61,248 bases of DNA from an uncultured Gammaproteobacteria bacterium (GTDB lineage Bacteria > Patescibacteriota > Microgenomatia > CAZXEC01). The position numbers and the translations under genes were made by a program. Positions 10,087 to 19,839 of this stretch are shown here, piece by piece; the stretch's first letter is position 1; each line of letters starts with the position of its first letter. Under the pieces are notes generated by a model. The model was given only the letters and a program-made list of their open reading frames with translations, ran no database searches and was not told where the DNA came from. The DNA lies in NCBI GenBank assembly GCA_964639595.1, contig CAZXEC010000002.1, positions 13,621-74,868 of the forward strand. The letters are read 5' to 3'.

Positions 10087-11388
10087 ATGACAATCGGCAT
10101 TGACGCTTCAAGGGCTTTTTCAAATCAAAGAACCGGAACCGAGAATTACTCCTATGCTATAACTCGCGCCTTGGCAAAATTAGACCAAACTAACAGCTAC
10201 ATTCTTTTCGTCCGGGGTGGAGCAGACATTGACAGCCCAGCCACGCAAGGCGTCCCCTTGCGTGGCTGGCCGAAGAATTTCCGTTTTGTGGAAATTGGCT
10301 GGCCTCTCTTGTGGACGCAGGTGGGGCTGGCTTCGCAAACATTTGTCGAAAAATTGGATGTGCTATTTATTCCTGCTCATACTTTGCCGGTTGTCAGAAA
10401 ACCAGGATTGAAGACTGTAGTGACGATTCATGATTTAGGCGCAGAATATCTGGCTCAATACCACCAATTCCCCCATAAGTATTATCTGAACTTGGCCACA
10501 GGATACGCAGCAGCACACGCAGATGCCTTAATTGCCGTATCACAGGCCACCAAAAATGATTTAATAGAAAAGCTCAAGGTTAATGAGAAAAGAATTCATG
10601 TAATTTATGAAGGTTATGATAAGGAAAAGTTCAAAGTTCATGCTTCGACTGGTTCGACTACTTCGACTTCGTTCAGTACGGGTTCGCTCACCACAAGTTC
10701 GCTCAGGACAAGAAGTTCAAAGTTCAAAACTGATGCACAAGTTAATACTTTGAAGCGTTTTGATATACAAAAGTCGTATTTATTGTTTGTGGGGACAGTT
10801 CAACCCAGAAAAAATTTAGTCAGACTGATTGAAGCCTTCTCACGAATGGTAAATTCTGATTCTTTAATCCTTAATCCTTCATCATTTATCATTCGCGATT
10901 TATCCTTAGTTATTGTTGGTTCAAAGGGTTGGTTGGCAGATGATATTTATCAGGCGCCAGCCAAATATGGGGTGGCCAGTCGTGTAAAATTTTTAGGGCA
11001 TGTGGATGACGTTTACTTACCGGCTTTGTATTCAGGAGCCAAAGCATTAGTTTTCCCGTCCCTGTATGAAGGCTTTGGCTTGCCAATATTGGAAGCTATG
11101 GCGGTAGGTTGTCCGGTTTTGACTTCTGGGATTTCATCTATGCCGGAAGTAGCAGAGGATGCGGCTTTGTATGTGAATCCTTACGATATAGAAAATATCA
11201 CAAGTGGACTGATTGATATATTAGATAGGAACAAGGGTCAAGAGTTAAGGGTGAAGGGACTGGAACAGGTGAAGAAATTTAGCTGGGAAAAAGCGGCTAG
11301 AGCAACACTGAAGGTACTTGAGGATGTATTTAAAAATCAAAATGCAGGTAAAAATTCAAAATTTCAACCTTTGAATTTTAAATTATGA
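10087..11388 (+). CDS. GT4 glycosyltransferase carrying several repeat-derived insertions
   Basis: LFVGTVQPRKN, VFPSLYEGFGLPILEAMA; inserts PATQGVPLRGW, ASTGSTTSTSFSTGSLTTSSLR, SLILNPSSFII. Confidence 0.92.
   Translation: MTIGIDASRAFSNQRTGTENYSYAITRALAKLDQTNSYILFVRGGADIDSPATQGVPLRGWPKNFRFVEIGWPLLWTQVGLASQTFVEKLDVLFIPAHTLPVVRKPGLKTVVTIHDLGAEYLAQYHQFPHKYYLNLATGYAAAHADALIAVSQATKNDLIEKLKVNEKRIHVIYEGYDKEKFKVHASTGSTTSTSFSTGSLTTSSLRTRSSKFKTDAQVNTLKRFDIQKSYLLFVGTVQPRKNLVRLIEAFSRMVNSDSLILNPSSFIIRDLSLVIVGSKGWLADDIYQAPAKYGVASRVKFLGHVDDVYLPALYSGAKALVFPSLYEGFGLPILEAMAVGCPVLTSGISSMPEVAEDAALYVNPYDIENITSGLIDILDRNKGQELRVKGLEQVKKFSWEKAARATLKVLEDVFKNQNAGKNSKFQPLNFKL
10237..10269. repeat. Palindrome CCAGCCACGCAAGG-CGTCC-CCTTGCGTGGCTGG (family D) inside the GT4 CDS
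   Basis: Near-identical copy at 22983-23011. Confidence 0.85.
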
Positions 11389-12236
11389 AAGTAGATATTT
11401 TAGGTATTAATATTGATAATCTCACCATGGATGAGACTATGGATCGGGTGGTTACCATGGTCAAAGACGGTCAAAAGCATTATGTAGTGACGCCTAACCC
11501 GGAAATAGTCATGGCTGCTCAAAAGGATCGCGAGCTAATGCGGATTATTAACCAAGCCAGTTTGGCAATTGCCGATGGAATAGGCCTGGTATGGGCCAGC
11601 AGAATACTTTATAAGGGTAAAGCGTTTAGGGACAAGGGACAAGCAAGACTGGATCATAATATTACTAAACCGCATACCCTTAACCCTTTACGCTTTCGAG
11701 TTACTGGCATTGATTTAATGGAAAAGTTGTGCGAGAAAGCCAGTGATCTGGGCTTTACAATAGGATTATTAGGTGGCGGTAGCAAAATAGCAGATAGATG
11801 TGCCCAAGTGCTAAAAAAAAGATACCCCAAACTCAAAATCAGCTTTGTTTATGATGGAAATGGTGGCAAAGAGGGTGATAAGGATATAATCAAGCGTTTA
11901 AGGGAAAGCGTTAAGGGAAAGGGTGCAAGCAGTCTTGACGCTTCACGCTTAACACTTCATCCTATTGATATTTTGTTTGTGGCTTTTGGTTTTCCTAAGC
12001 AGGAAAAATGGATGGCTAGGAATTTGGATCGCCTGCCGGTCAAGGTAGCCATGGGTGTAGGGGGAGCTTTTGATGTGATTGCCGGTAAAGTCAAAAGAGC
12101 GCCGCAAATTATTCAGAAGTTAGGCTTGGAATGGTTGTGGCGCCTGGTGCGCCAGCCATGGCGATGGAAGAGGCAATTGGCACTGCTCAAATTCATATCG
12201 GCAGTGTTAAAAAAGAGATCTTTGTTGCGGGCTTGA
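11385..12236 (+). CDS. WecB/TagA/CpsF family glycosyltransferase
   Basis: VVTPNPE, ADGIG, RVTGIDL, FVAFGFPKQEKW, MGVGGAFDV; heptamer-derived inserts. Confidence 0.93.
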   Translation: MKVDILGINIDNLTMDETMDRVVTMVKDGQKHYVVTPNPEIVMAAQKDRELMRIINQASLAIADGIGLVWASRILYKGKAFRDKGQARLDHNITKPHTLNPLRFRVTGIDLMEKLCEKASDLGFTIGLLGGGSKIADRCAQVLKKRYPKLKISFVYDGNGGKEGDKDIIKRLRESVKGKGASSLDASRLTLHPIDILFVAFGFPKQEKWMARNLDRLPVKVAMGVGGAFDVIAGKVKRAPQIIQKLGLEWLWRLVRQPWRWKRQLALLKFISAVLKKRSLLRA

Positions 12237-12417
12237 CACATTCGATGACAAGCCCCAATGTTTATCATTGGGGAATCAGAGTCGCAAGCCCGAAGGGCTT
12301 GTCGCTCAGTGTCTGCGGCCGGAATATAAATAAACAAGCTCCATGATTGGCATCGGAGCTACATTCGCCCTTGACAACAAGCAAACAGATGCTAGAATGT
12401 AACCAGTTGTAACCAAT

Positions 12418-13005
12418 ATGCCAAGTGTCGAGAAAATTGTATCGCAGCATCAAGCCTTTTTGCAAAGCGTGAGAGCAGACCACGAAGCGTATCAGGCTCT
12501 TAAAGAAGATGTTGATGGTGTACACCATCAACTGGCTATCCAATTACTGCAAGAGTTGAGCTTACCTAGAATCCCGGGCCTGTCAGATCAGCTGATTTGG
12601 CAAGCTGTTGATTATGCCGATGAGAAACAAGTGGATGTGAAAGAACTTTTGCGGGGGGTGGTCGAGGCAGCCTTGCTGTGTCACGAATATGATCCTGCCA
12701 GAGACGGAGTGCCGGAAGTAGCAGCTGACCTGGAAGATCCAACTCAATTGCGAGAAGCGGGATTGAAAATTTTTTGTGTCCAGGAGTGGAATTCCCTGGT
12801 ATTAGCCAAGTCGATAGCAGTTTTAGAAAACCGTGGCTTTAGGCGTGCCTTAACCGAACAAGAACGGCAAGAACTTGCTCTTAATTACTTTATATTTTCT
12901 CATGTGCCAGAGTTGCGTAGCCTACAAAAAGTCCGATCGCGGCAAACAGTAGAGCTTAATGTTAACTATCACTATCCCCATGGACCTAGTGGAATAACTG
13001 GTTAG
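12418..13005 (+). CDS. Hypothetical protein
   Basis: 195-aa ORF with TTGACA upstream. Confidence 0.7.
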   Translation: MPSVEKIVSQHQAFLQSVRADHEAYQALKEDVDGVHHQLAIQLLQELSLPRIPGLSDQLIWQAVDYADEKQVDVKELLRGVVEAALLCHEYDPARDGVPEVAADLEDPTQLREAGLKIFCVQEWNSLVLAKSIAVLENRGFRRALTEQERQELALNYFIFSHVPELRSLQKVRSRQTVELNVNYHYPHGPSGITG

Positions 13006-13679
13006 TATCCGGCAATGGCCACCCCAAAACCAGCTTGGGCATAGGTACAGCCCCAGACAAACTCCCCACCAGCCAGTAATTTGGCATGACCCAGGGTGTT
13101 GAGCCAGGCTTGGACCGCTTCTTGAACAGTGGGGTAACCCATGATTAAAAACTCTGCCACGTTGCCCGGCAGATCTCGGCTGTCTTTGAAACGGTCAACT
13201 ACCAGCGGGAAGCCTTTATGCTCATCAAGGGCACCCAGTTTCAGCAGCTCATTCAGCCTGATTGAGGCAATAGTGCACAGAATTTCTTTTTGAGATAAGA
13301 CTGGTACACCATGGTCAGTGCGGGCTTTATTGACCGCCTCCCACAATTCCGGGCCGGAGTAGTAGGTGGGGGGAGTGGGGGTGGGAGTTGGTATATTGAT
13401 GGTTATTTTAGGAGCTACAGTAACAGGTACATACCTGACTACTTCTTGCGGCACATAAATATTCCTGGTGACGTATTCGGTTTTGACTGTATTGTGAGGA
13501 TTCTGGAAAGCCACATAGGCGGCAGTAATTCGCCTGATCAGCGATTCTCTGAATACAGCTACGGTTTTGATTATTTGGTCAAATTGGGGATTTTTCCAGT
13601 AAGGTTGCCAGGCCAGGATCAGGATGGCGAAAGTGGCAATGCCAAGGCTAATAAAAAGTTTGCTTCTGTACCATTGCAT
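13002..13679 (-). CDS. CAP/SCP domain protein with a membrane anchor
   Basis: AVNKARTDHG...AEFLIMG...AVQAWLNTLGH; PT-rich linker. Confidence 0.8.
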   Translation of the reverse strand: MQWYRSKLFISLGIATFAILILAWQPYWKNPQFDQIIKTVAVFRESLIRRITAAYVAFQNPHNTVKTEYVTRNIYVPQEVVRYVPVTVAPKITINIPTPTPTPPTYYSGPELWEAVNKARTDHGVPVLSQKEILCTIASIRLNELLKLGALDEHKGFPLVVDRFKDSRDLPGNVAEFLIMGYPTVQEAVQAWLNTLGHAKLLAGGEFVWGCTYAQAGFGVAIAGY

Positions 13680-13762
13680 GCGCCCATTTTAACAGCTTCT
13701 CAACCTTAATATCAAAATTCATCTTGATTTGGAAGATAATATCAGCATATACTTATCAATAG

Positions 13763-13957
13763 ATGGCTATTATTGATTCGTCAATTTTTAAAGCTTACGA
13801 CATTCGTGGCATTTATCCTTCCCAAATCAATGAAGACAATGTTTATATTATTGTGCAGGCAATCATAAAATTTTCGCAACAAGATTTTAAGAATTTGTCA
13901 TCACAACAAGTAAATCATTTAGCATTAGCACTCAAATGTAACAGGCGCTTATCATAA
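13763..13957 (+). pseudogene. 5' remnant of a phosphomannomutase/phosphoglucomutase gene
   Basis: IFKAYDIRGIYP N-terminal signature, then degenerates and stops at 64 aa. Confidence 0.8.
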
Positions 13958-13971
13958 ATTGATTTCGAGAT

Positions 13972-15393
13972 ATGGCAAAAATAAATATTAACGATCATAT
14001 ATTTCGCGGATACGACCTTAGGGGAGTTTCAGGAACAGATTTAAGCGAAGAAATAATGGAGGTTTTAGGCAGGGCCTACGCCACTTTTCTTTATCAAAGA
14101 AGAATTTGGGAAGCAGTAGTCGGTCGTGATAACAGGACAACTAGTCAAGTCTATTCCCAGGCTTTTGTCAAAGGTTTATTAGAGGGCGGCATAGATGTAG
14201 TTGATATAGGCTTATCCCTTGCTCAAATTGTTTATTTCTCTCAGTATTATTTACGTTTCAAAGGAGCAGCCATGGTGACAGCTTCCCATAACCCGGTTCA
14301 GTTTAATGGATTAAAACTTGGTGTTGGGTTTTCCGATACCATGACAACTCCGGAGATTGAGCAACTTAAAAAAATCGCTCAAAGTGGACAATTTAAAAAA
14401 TTTAACCGCAAGGCAGAGTACAAGCAGATGGATGTTTTTCCGGAATATAAAAAGGATATCTTAAGAAGATCAGGCAAGATCGGCAGGTTTAAGATAGTTG
14501 TTGACACTATTTATGGTACGGCGGGGATGTTTTTGCCGGAAATATTACGGGAAGCCGGCTGTGAAGTTATAGAACAGCATACTGAGCTTGATGGGACTTT
14601 TCCTTTAGGGACAGCTGATCCTACTGAAAGGGAAGTACAGGAAAGGCTGGCAGAAAGAGTAGTTAAAGAAAAAGCAAATATGGGATTTTCTTATGATACT
14701 GATGGAGATAGGATGGGAGTTGTTGATAGTCAAGGGAGATTGATCTGGAATGATGTGCTGGTATCGATATTTGCCATGGATGTTTTGGATTTTATGCCTG
14801 GCGCCAAAATTGTTTTTAACACCCTTTGCTCTAAACAAACCAGAGATGTCATTGAGAGCCATGGAGGAGAACCAGTTATCTGGATGACGGGACATTCATT
14901 TATTAAAGCTAAAATGAAGGAAGAAAGGGCTCTTTTTGCCGGAGAGCTTTCCGGGCACATGTTCTTTGCCGATAATTTTTATGGTCATGATGATGAAGCG
15001 TATGCCACTTTGAGGCTATTGGCTTATTTGACCAGAGTCGGCAGCTCTCTGGATCAAGTGGTTGATCAATTACCAAAATACTATAGCAGTCCTGAAATTA
15101 AAGTGGCTTGTCCTGACGCTATCAAATTTCAACTGATTTCCGGTGCTATTACCAAAGATGTTAAAGACACTTTCCCGACAGCCAGTTATGTGGAGATCGA
15201 TGGCATCAGGTTTGACACCAAAGACGAAATGGGGGTAATTCGTGCTTCCCAGAACGGGCCTTATATTACTGTCAAATATGAGGCCAGAGAGACAGGTGAA
15301 TATGAAAAGATGAAAAAAATTATATCGGAAATTTTACATAAATATCCGGAAATAGATTTCAAAAATGGGGTTAATACTGACGCGCTGGATTAA
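13972..15393 (+). CDS. Phosphomannomutase/phosphoglucomutase
   Basis: FRGYDLRG, VTASHNP, DTDGDR, GELSGH. Confidence 0.95.
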   Translation: MAKININDHIFRGYDLRGVSGTDLSEEIMEVLGRAYATFLYQRRIWEAVVGRDNRTTSQVYSQAFVKGLLEGGIDVVDIGLSLAQIVYFSQYYLRFKGAAMVTASHNPVQFNGLKLGVGFSDTMTTPEIEQLKKIAQSGQFKKFNRKAEYKQMDVFPEYKKDILRRSGKIGRFKIVVDTIYGTAGMFLPEILREAGCEVIEQHTELDGTFPLGTADPTEREVQERLAERVVKEKANMGFSYDTDGDRMGVVDSQGRLIWNDVLVSIFAMDVLDFMPGAKIVFNTLCSKQTRDVIESHGGEPVIWMTGHSFIKAKMKEERALFAGELSGHMFFADNFYGHDDEAYATLRLLAYLTRVGSSLDQVVDQLPKYYSSPEIKVACPDAIKFQLISGAITKDVKDTFPTASYVEIDGIRFDTKDEMGVIRASQNGPYITVKYEARETGEYEKMKKIISEILHKYPEIDFKNGVNTDALD

Positions 15394-15414
15394 ACTCTGC
15401 CCAAAAAAGACAAG

Positions 15415-16191
15415 ATGAAACAATCAGATGAGCTGGCAATTAGCGTACAGGCAGCTCTGGCAGCCGGCAAAATTGTCAAAGATGGCTATCATAAATTACA
15501 TTCAGTCTCCAGAAAGAGGGACAAAAGTTTTGTTTCCGAGATTGATAAGGAAGCAGAAGAGGCCATATTATCAGTCTTATCCCAGAATTTTCCTGATCAC
15601 CGGTTTATTTCCGAAGAATCAGGCCAAAGCGGCCGGGAATCGGATTATCAGTGGTTTGTCGACCCTTTAGACGGCACTGGCAATTATTTGAATAAGATTC
15701 CAATTTTTTATACTGCCATTTGTTTGGTTTATCAAAATAGACCAATCCTGTCAGTGGCTTATAATGGCCTGCAGGAGGAGTTATTCACCGCTTCTTTGGG
15801 CCATGGCGCATTCTTGAATGGTGCCAGTATCCAGGTATCAAAAAACGATGACCTGACCCTGGCTTCCATGATTTTTGCCAGGGGCAGGACTCAAGAAAGC
15901 AAACAGCGCTTTGCCAATTTATTCATGAATATTGTGCCTCAAATCAGGACAGTCAGGGTGTTTGGTTCAGCTGTGGCCAATTTGATTTATCTGGCCCGCG
16001 GATCATCAGACGCTGTTGCCAATCAAGGTAACGAGCTGTGGGATTATATTGGCGGTGTGCTGTTGGTTCAGGAAGCAGGGGGGATGGTGACTGATTTTGC
16101 GGGTCGCCCCTGGAATATTAGCCAAAAGGAGATCTTGGCCACCAATGGCACCAGTCTTCATCAAAAACTGCTGGGAATTATTAAGATTTAG
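15415..16191 (+). CDS. suhB: Inositol monophosphatase family protein
   Basis: SEE, VDPLDGTGNY, WDYIGGVLLVQEAGG. Confidence 0.9.
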   Translation: MKQSDELAISVQAALAAGKIVKDGYHKLHSVSRKRDKSFVSEIDKEAEEAILSVLSQNFPDHRFISEESGQSGRESDYQWFVDPLDGTGNYLNKIPIFYTAICLVYQNRPILSVAYNGLQEELFTASLGHGAFLNGASIQVSKNDDLTLASMIFARGRTQESKQRFANLFMNIVPQIRTVRVFGSAVANLIYLARGSSDAVANQGNELWDYIGGVLLVQEAGGMVTDFAGRPWNISQKEILATNGTSLHQKLLGIIKI

Positions 16192-16221
16192 GTAGTTTTC
16201 TTTACACTTCGTGCTAAAATA

Positions 16222-16557
16222 TTGTCCATGGGGCAAGAAGACGGCAGAGATAAACATTCTTGGATGGAAGTTTGCCGGGTGGGGCATTTTGAAAAACTGC
16301 CGGCTTGGGTGGTTGATAGCGTAGAAGTAAACCAGGACATGGCTGATGGGATCGCTGACCGCCGGCTCAAAAAATGGTTTAAGCCTGATTTTTTAATTGA
16401 TCACGCGGCAGTTTTTGCGCTGGGCAGACAAGAAGGCGGGCTCAAGCGCCTGCAACCTCCTACTATGCATCGTGGAGTAGTCTTGCGGATGGACCTCCAT
16501 TTTTTGATGAGTATGGCACGGCCTATGGTGAAATTGGCGTTAAAGGCACTGGCTTGA
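16222..16557 (+). CDS. Hypothetical protein
   Basis: 111-aa ORF overlapping the next start by 4 nt. Confidence 0.45.
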   Translation: MSMGQEDGRDKHSWMEVCRVGHFEKLPAWVVDSVEVNQDMADGIADRRLKKWFKPDFLIDHAAVFALGRQEGGLKRLQPPTMHRGVVLRMDLHFLMSMARPMVKLALKALA

Positions 16558-17396
16558 GTGAATATGGGGTAGAGCATTTTATTGATGCACATGATCGGTC
16601 TTATTTGAAACCAGTTTCTGTTCAAACCCAAAGATCTCTGTTAATGTCCACCCGCGATCCCTTGGGCTTTTTTGGCTCCTATCACTCTCGACAAGAGCAG
16701 ACAGTCAGCGACTTGTTGGCCCAAGCCGGCGGCCGGAACGGACGGGTCATTGGTACAATAATTCTTAATCATAACCGATTTCGCCTGTGGTATGGAAAAC
16801 TTATTGGCGAAGATTCCATCTATCCGATAGGAGATATGCTCTCTCGAGTGGAAGCAAACGGCGACCAGGCGGCCTTATGCATCCGCTTAATGGGGACAGA
16901 AAGGTGTCAAGATTCTCGCATGGAGAATGGGCTTTATTATTTTGGCAGAATGCGGCAAAGGGCAGCCAGACTGCTTGATTGCGAAATACGGTATCGGGGG
17001 GTGCCGGATTTCTTAAGTCGTTATAATTTGCTAAATTTGCCATTTAATATTGATGGGGCAATAGATCTGACAACCCTAGTGTTTCTGCAACGATATTTTT
17101 ATTTACGAAACTTGGATATTTCATCCCGGTTATCAAGGCAACAATTTAACGACCAGCTGACTATACATATTTCCAGTCAGAATGTCGATCTGGCCGGCTT
17201 TATTTATGATTGGGAGCAATCATTACCCGGACCAGGTTACGTTAACTATAGTTGGCCAGAATCCCCTTCTTCTCTTTTTGGAATTTATAGCGAAGCTTCT
17301 TCTCTGATGGCTAAGCGTTTGCTTCGCTTGGCCATTAATCGTTTGCATGATCTTCCAGCGGAATGGCTCAAGCCGCCGGGTTGTCTATCTCTTTGA
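16554..17396 (+). CDS. Hypothetical protein
   Basis: 280-aa ORF, no recognised motif. Confidence 0.65.
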   Translation: MSEYGVEHFIDAHDRSYLKPVSVQTQRSLLMSTRDPLGFFGSYHSRQEQTVSDLLAQAGGRNGRVIGTIILNHNRFRLWYGKLIGEDSIYPIGDMLSRVEANGDQAALCIRLMGTERCQDSRMENGLYYFGRMRQRAARLLDCEIRYRGVPDFLSRYNLLNLPFNIDGAIDLTTLVFLQRYFYLRNLDISSRLSRQQFNDQLTIHISSQNVDLAGFIYDWEQSLPGPGYVNYSWPESPSSLFGIYSEASSLMAKRLLRLAINRLHDLPAEWLKPPGCLSL

Positions 17397-17445
17397 GGTT
17401 GATTCCCAGAAGATACATGACTGCTTCTTTCTTTATAAACGCAGT
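17396..17445 (-). pseudogene. 3' remnant of a paralogue of the neighbouring HTH gene
   Basis: Encodes FIKKEAVMYLLGI versus YKKEAVLYLLGI in the 17684-17908 product. Confidence 0.6.
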
Positions 17446-17480
17446 TTGCAAGAAAGAAGCGAAATCCCAGGTTATTTTTA

Positions 17481-17580
17481 TTTTTGAACCAGAATACCCC
17501 GTCAGCTTGCTGCGGGGATGAATGGTTCGAAAAGAACTTGCCCGAAGGGATACTCCGTAGCTTGCTACGGAGTAGTTCAT
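17481..17580. mobile_element. Non-autonomous IS200/IS605-like hairpin element
   Basis: Hairpins ACCCCGTCAG-CTTG-CTGCGGGGA and TACTCCGTAG-CTTG-CTACGGAGTA followed by GTTCAT; sister copy at 59539-59568. Confidence 0.55.
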
Positions 17581-17683
17581 TGAGTGACTACATTAATTTT
17601 GGGAGTTATACCCAGTAAGTAGAGTACAGCCTCTTTTTTTAGGAGTGAAACGACGCAAAAAAGAGGCGAGATTGGATTTTTAA

Positions 17684-17908
17684 TCACTGTGTTGCGATAG
17701 CAGCTTTTGGAGTAATACCTAACAAATAGAGCACAGCTTCTTTTTTATACCGCCTGTCTCCCCGGGAATTAATTCTAATGGCTGGCAGTTTGCCTCTTTT
17801 ACCCCAGCGTTTGATAGTCAAAGGGGAAACTCTTAAAACTTCTGCCACTTCTCTGACTGTTAATAAATCGGGCAAGTCTTCAATTTTAAGTATCTTTTTC
17901 CCTGCCAT
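17684..17908 (-). CDS. Excisionase-like (HTH_17/MerR-type) DNA-binding protein
   Basis: LLTVREVAEVLRVSPLTIKRWGKRGKLPAIRINSRGDRRY. Confidence 0.9.
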   Translation of the reverse strand: MAGKKILKIEDLPDLLTVREVAEVLRVSPLTIKRWGKRGKLPAIRINSRGDRRYKKEAVLYLLGITPKAAIATQ

Positions 17909-17977
17909 ACTAGCTAATTCTATAATGTAACGTATCACACGATGTCAAACGTGTCAAGAAGCAATCAAAAGAGATAA

Positions 17978-18012
17978 GAGGGGTTCAACCCCTATTAGGG
18001 GTTGAACCCCTA
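17978..18012. repeat. Doublet of the family B palindrome
   Basis: GAGGGGTTCAACCCCTA-T-TAGGGGTTGAACCCCTA. Confidence 0.85.
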
Positions 18013-18033
18013 AAAAATATGACTGATCATTTA

Positions 18034-18435
18034 TTATTTCAACTCAACTGTCGCTCCGGCGCCAGTCAGCTTGGTTTTGGCTTCTTCGGCAGTAGTTTTA
18101 TTAACTCCTGTCATTATTTCGCGGGGAGCGCCATCAACCAGGTCTTTGGCCTCTTTTAAGCCCAAGGTTGGGACCAGTTCCCGGATGGTTTTGATAACAC
18201 TAATTTTATTAGTACCGGCTTGAGATAGTATGACGTTGAAAGTAGTTTGCTCTTCTTTAGGCTCACCTTCGTCTGACGGGGCTGTACCGGCGCTGGCTTG
18301 AGCAGCAGCCATCACAGGAGCAGCAGTCACACCAAATTTTTCCTCCAGAGCTTTGACCAGATCAGCCAGATCAGAAACAGACATCTCTCCGATGGCTTCA
18401 ATTAAGTTTTCTTTGCTTAGTTTTTTGTCAATCAT
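18034..18435 (-). CDS. rplL: 50S ribosomal protein L7/L12
   Basis: [34 protein letters not shown]. Confidence 0.97.
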   Translation of the reverse strand: MIDKKLSKENLIEAIGEMSVSDLADLVKALEEKFGVTAAPVMAAAQASAGTAPSDEGEPKEEQTTFNVILSQAGTNKISVIKTIRELVPTLGLKEAKDLVDGAPREIMTGVNKTTAEEAKTKLTGAGATVELK

Positions 18436-18511
18436 AATTCACCTCCTTTTCAAGGGGTAAGGGTAAAAGGGGTAAGGGTGAAGAAAATTAAAGTTCTTTA
18501 CCCTTAACGCT

Positions 18512-19045
18512 TCACGCTTTCCGCTTTGAGATTGCTTGTAAAGTTAATACTAATTGTCTTTGGTTCCATTGCAAGGCGGCAAGCAGTCTATATAGGGGAG
18601 CGGCCATAGTTTGGACAACTTGGGCTTGCAAAACTTCTCGGGAAGGCAGAAGAGCCAATTCTATAATTTTTTGAGCCCCGCGCAAGACTTGGTTGAAAAA
18701 TCCGCCTTTTATGATAGGAAGTCCGCTCACCTTGGCAAAATTAGCCAGCGCTTTCAAGGGAGTAATTTCATCTTGATAGGCCAAGAGAACAGCTGTTGGG
18801 CCTTCCAGGGAAAAAGGTAAATGTTCTTTACCCTTGACGCCCAACACCCTTGAAAGCGCTTTTTTCAGTAGAGTATTTTTGATAACGGTAAATTCGGCAT
18901 CCGTGTCTTTGAGCTTTTTTCTAAGCCCTGTTAACTGGACAGTATTTAAGCCTTTATAGTCGGCAAAAACTAAACTCTTGGCTCGGGAGAGTTTTGCTTC
19001 GATAGACTCTACTATCTGTTGTTTTTGAGCTTTAGTTCTTGGCAT
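18512..19045 (-). CDS. rplJ: 50S ribosomal protein L10
   Basis: DYKGL, VIKNTLLKKAL, LEGPTA; heptamer-derived insert RVLGVKGKE. Confidence 0.95.
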   Translation of the reverse strand: MPRTKAQKQQIVESIEAKLSRAKSLVFADYKGLNTVQLTGLRKKLKDTDAEFTVIKNTLLKKALSRVLGVKGKEHLPFSLEGPTAVLLAYQDEITPLKALANFAKVSGLPIIKGGFFNQVLRGAQKIIELALLPSREVLQAQVVQTMAAPLYRLLAALQWNQRQLVLTLQAISKRKA

Positions 19046-19147
19046 TTACAACTCCTTATACCAAGGAGTTATTAGGGGAAAGGGGAAAGCGACAAGGGTG
19101 AAGAAAACTAACCTGGCCCTTTTATGCTTTTCGCCAAACACTGCTAA

Positions 19148-19217
19148 AACGCCTCGGTAGGATATTTGAGCTCTCATCCTTTGCTTTCGCTTAGGACGGA
19201 ACACCTACTGTCTTAGG
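19148..19217 (-). promoter_or_regulatory. L10 leader (ribosomal protein autoregulatory RNA)
   Basis: Minus strand AAGACAGTAGG...CCTACCGAGG directly upstream of rplJ, matching the remembered L10-leader consensus. Confidence 0.8.
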
Positions 19218-19252
19218 AACAAAATCATTTTATACTAGTAACCAAACCCATG

Positions 19253-19474
19253 TCAAGGCGAAGACGTGGTTTTGCTAGCTTTCAAAAAAGCCGTTATTTG
19301 ATCTTTATGCTGCTCGATGGCTTGGATCAACCTGTCGACATCTTCTTCTCTAACGTAGAAATCATGAACACTGCTGATAGGATGGGCAAATGGGATATTG
19401 CCAAATATGGGCAGGACCTGCTCTTGCAAATATTTAGGCACATCCAGCCCTTGTTGCCTAAAACGAACACTCAC
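19253..19474 (-). CDS. Small hypothetical protein, possibly a frameshifted remnant
   Basis: 73-aa ORF with a GTG start. Confidence 0.35.
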   Translation of the reverse strand: MSVRFRQQGLDVPKYLQEQVLPIFGNIPFAHPISSVHDFYVREEDVDRLIQAIEQHKDQITAFLKASKTTSSP

Positions 19475-19839
19475 CAGGTGGAATCTTCTTTATATCTGGG
19501 AACAGGTAAATCGTGGTCATTCAGACGAAGTGTATTATATACTCATTTAACTCGATTTGGCAACAGTTGTCATGAAACGATTATGTAGCATAAAAACTTG
19601 AAAAGTTGTCAAGCGAGAGTGTTTTGGATATGGTCTATTTGGCCATTTGTAATTTGGCAGGTCAGAAGACTATACTTATCCCATAATTACCAACAGGAGG
19701 CTTTATTGAACGTCAACCAGTAGTTTCTCCAGAGAACAGGCATGCTCCAGGCTTTGATCCTACCCCCAGGCCGGCCTTAACAGCACCCGCTCAAGGCCAA
19801 ACTAGCTATGAAGGAGAAGGGATCAACACGCTATATGAG

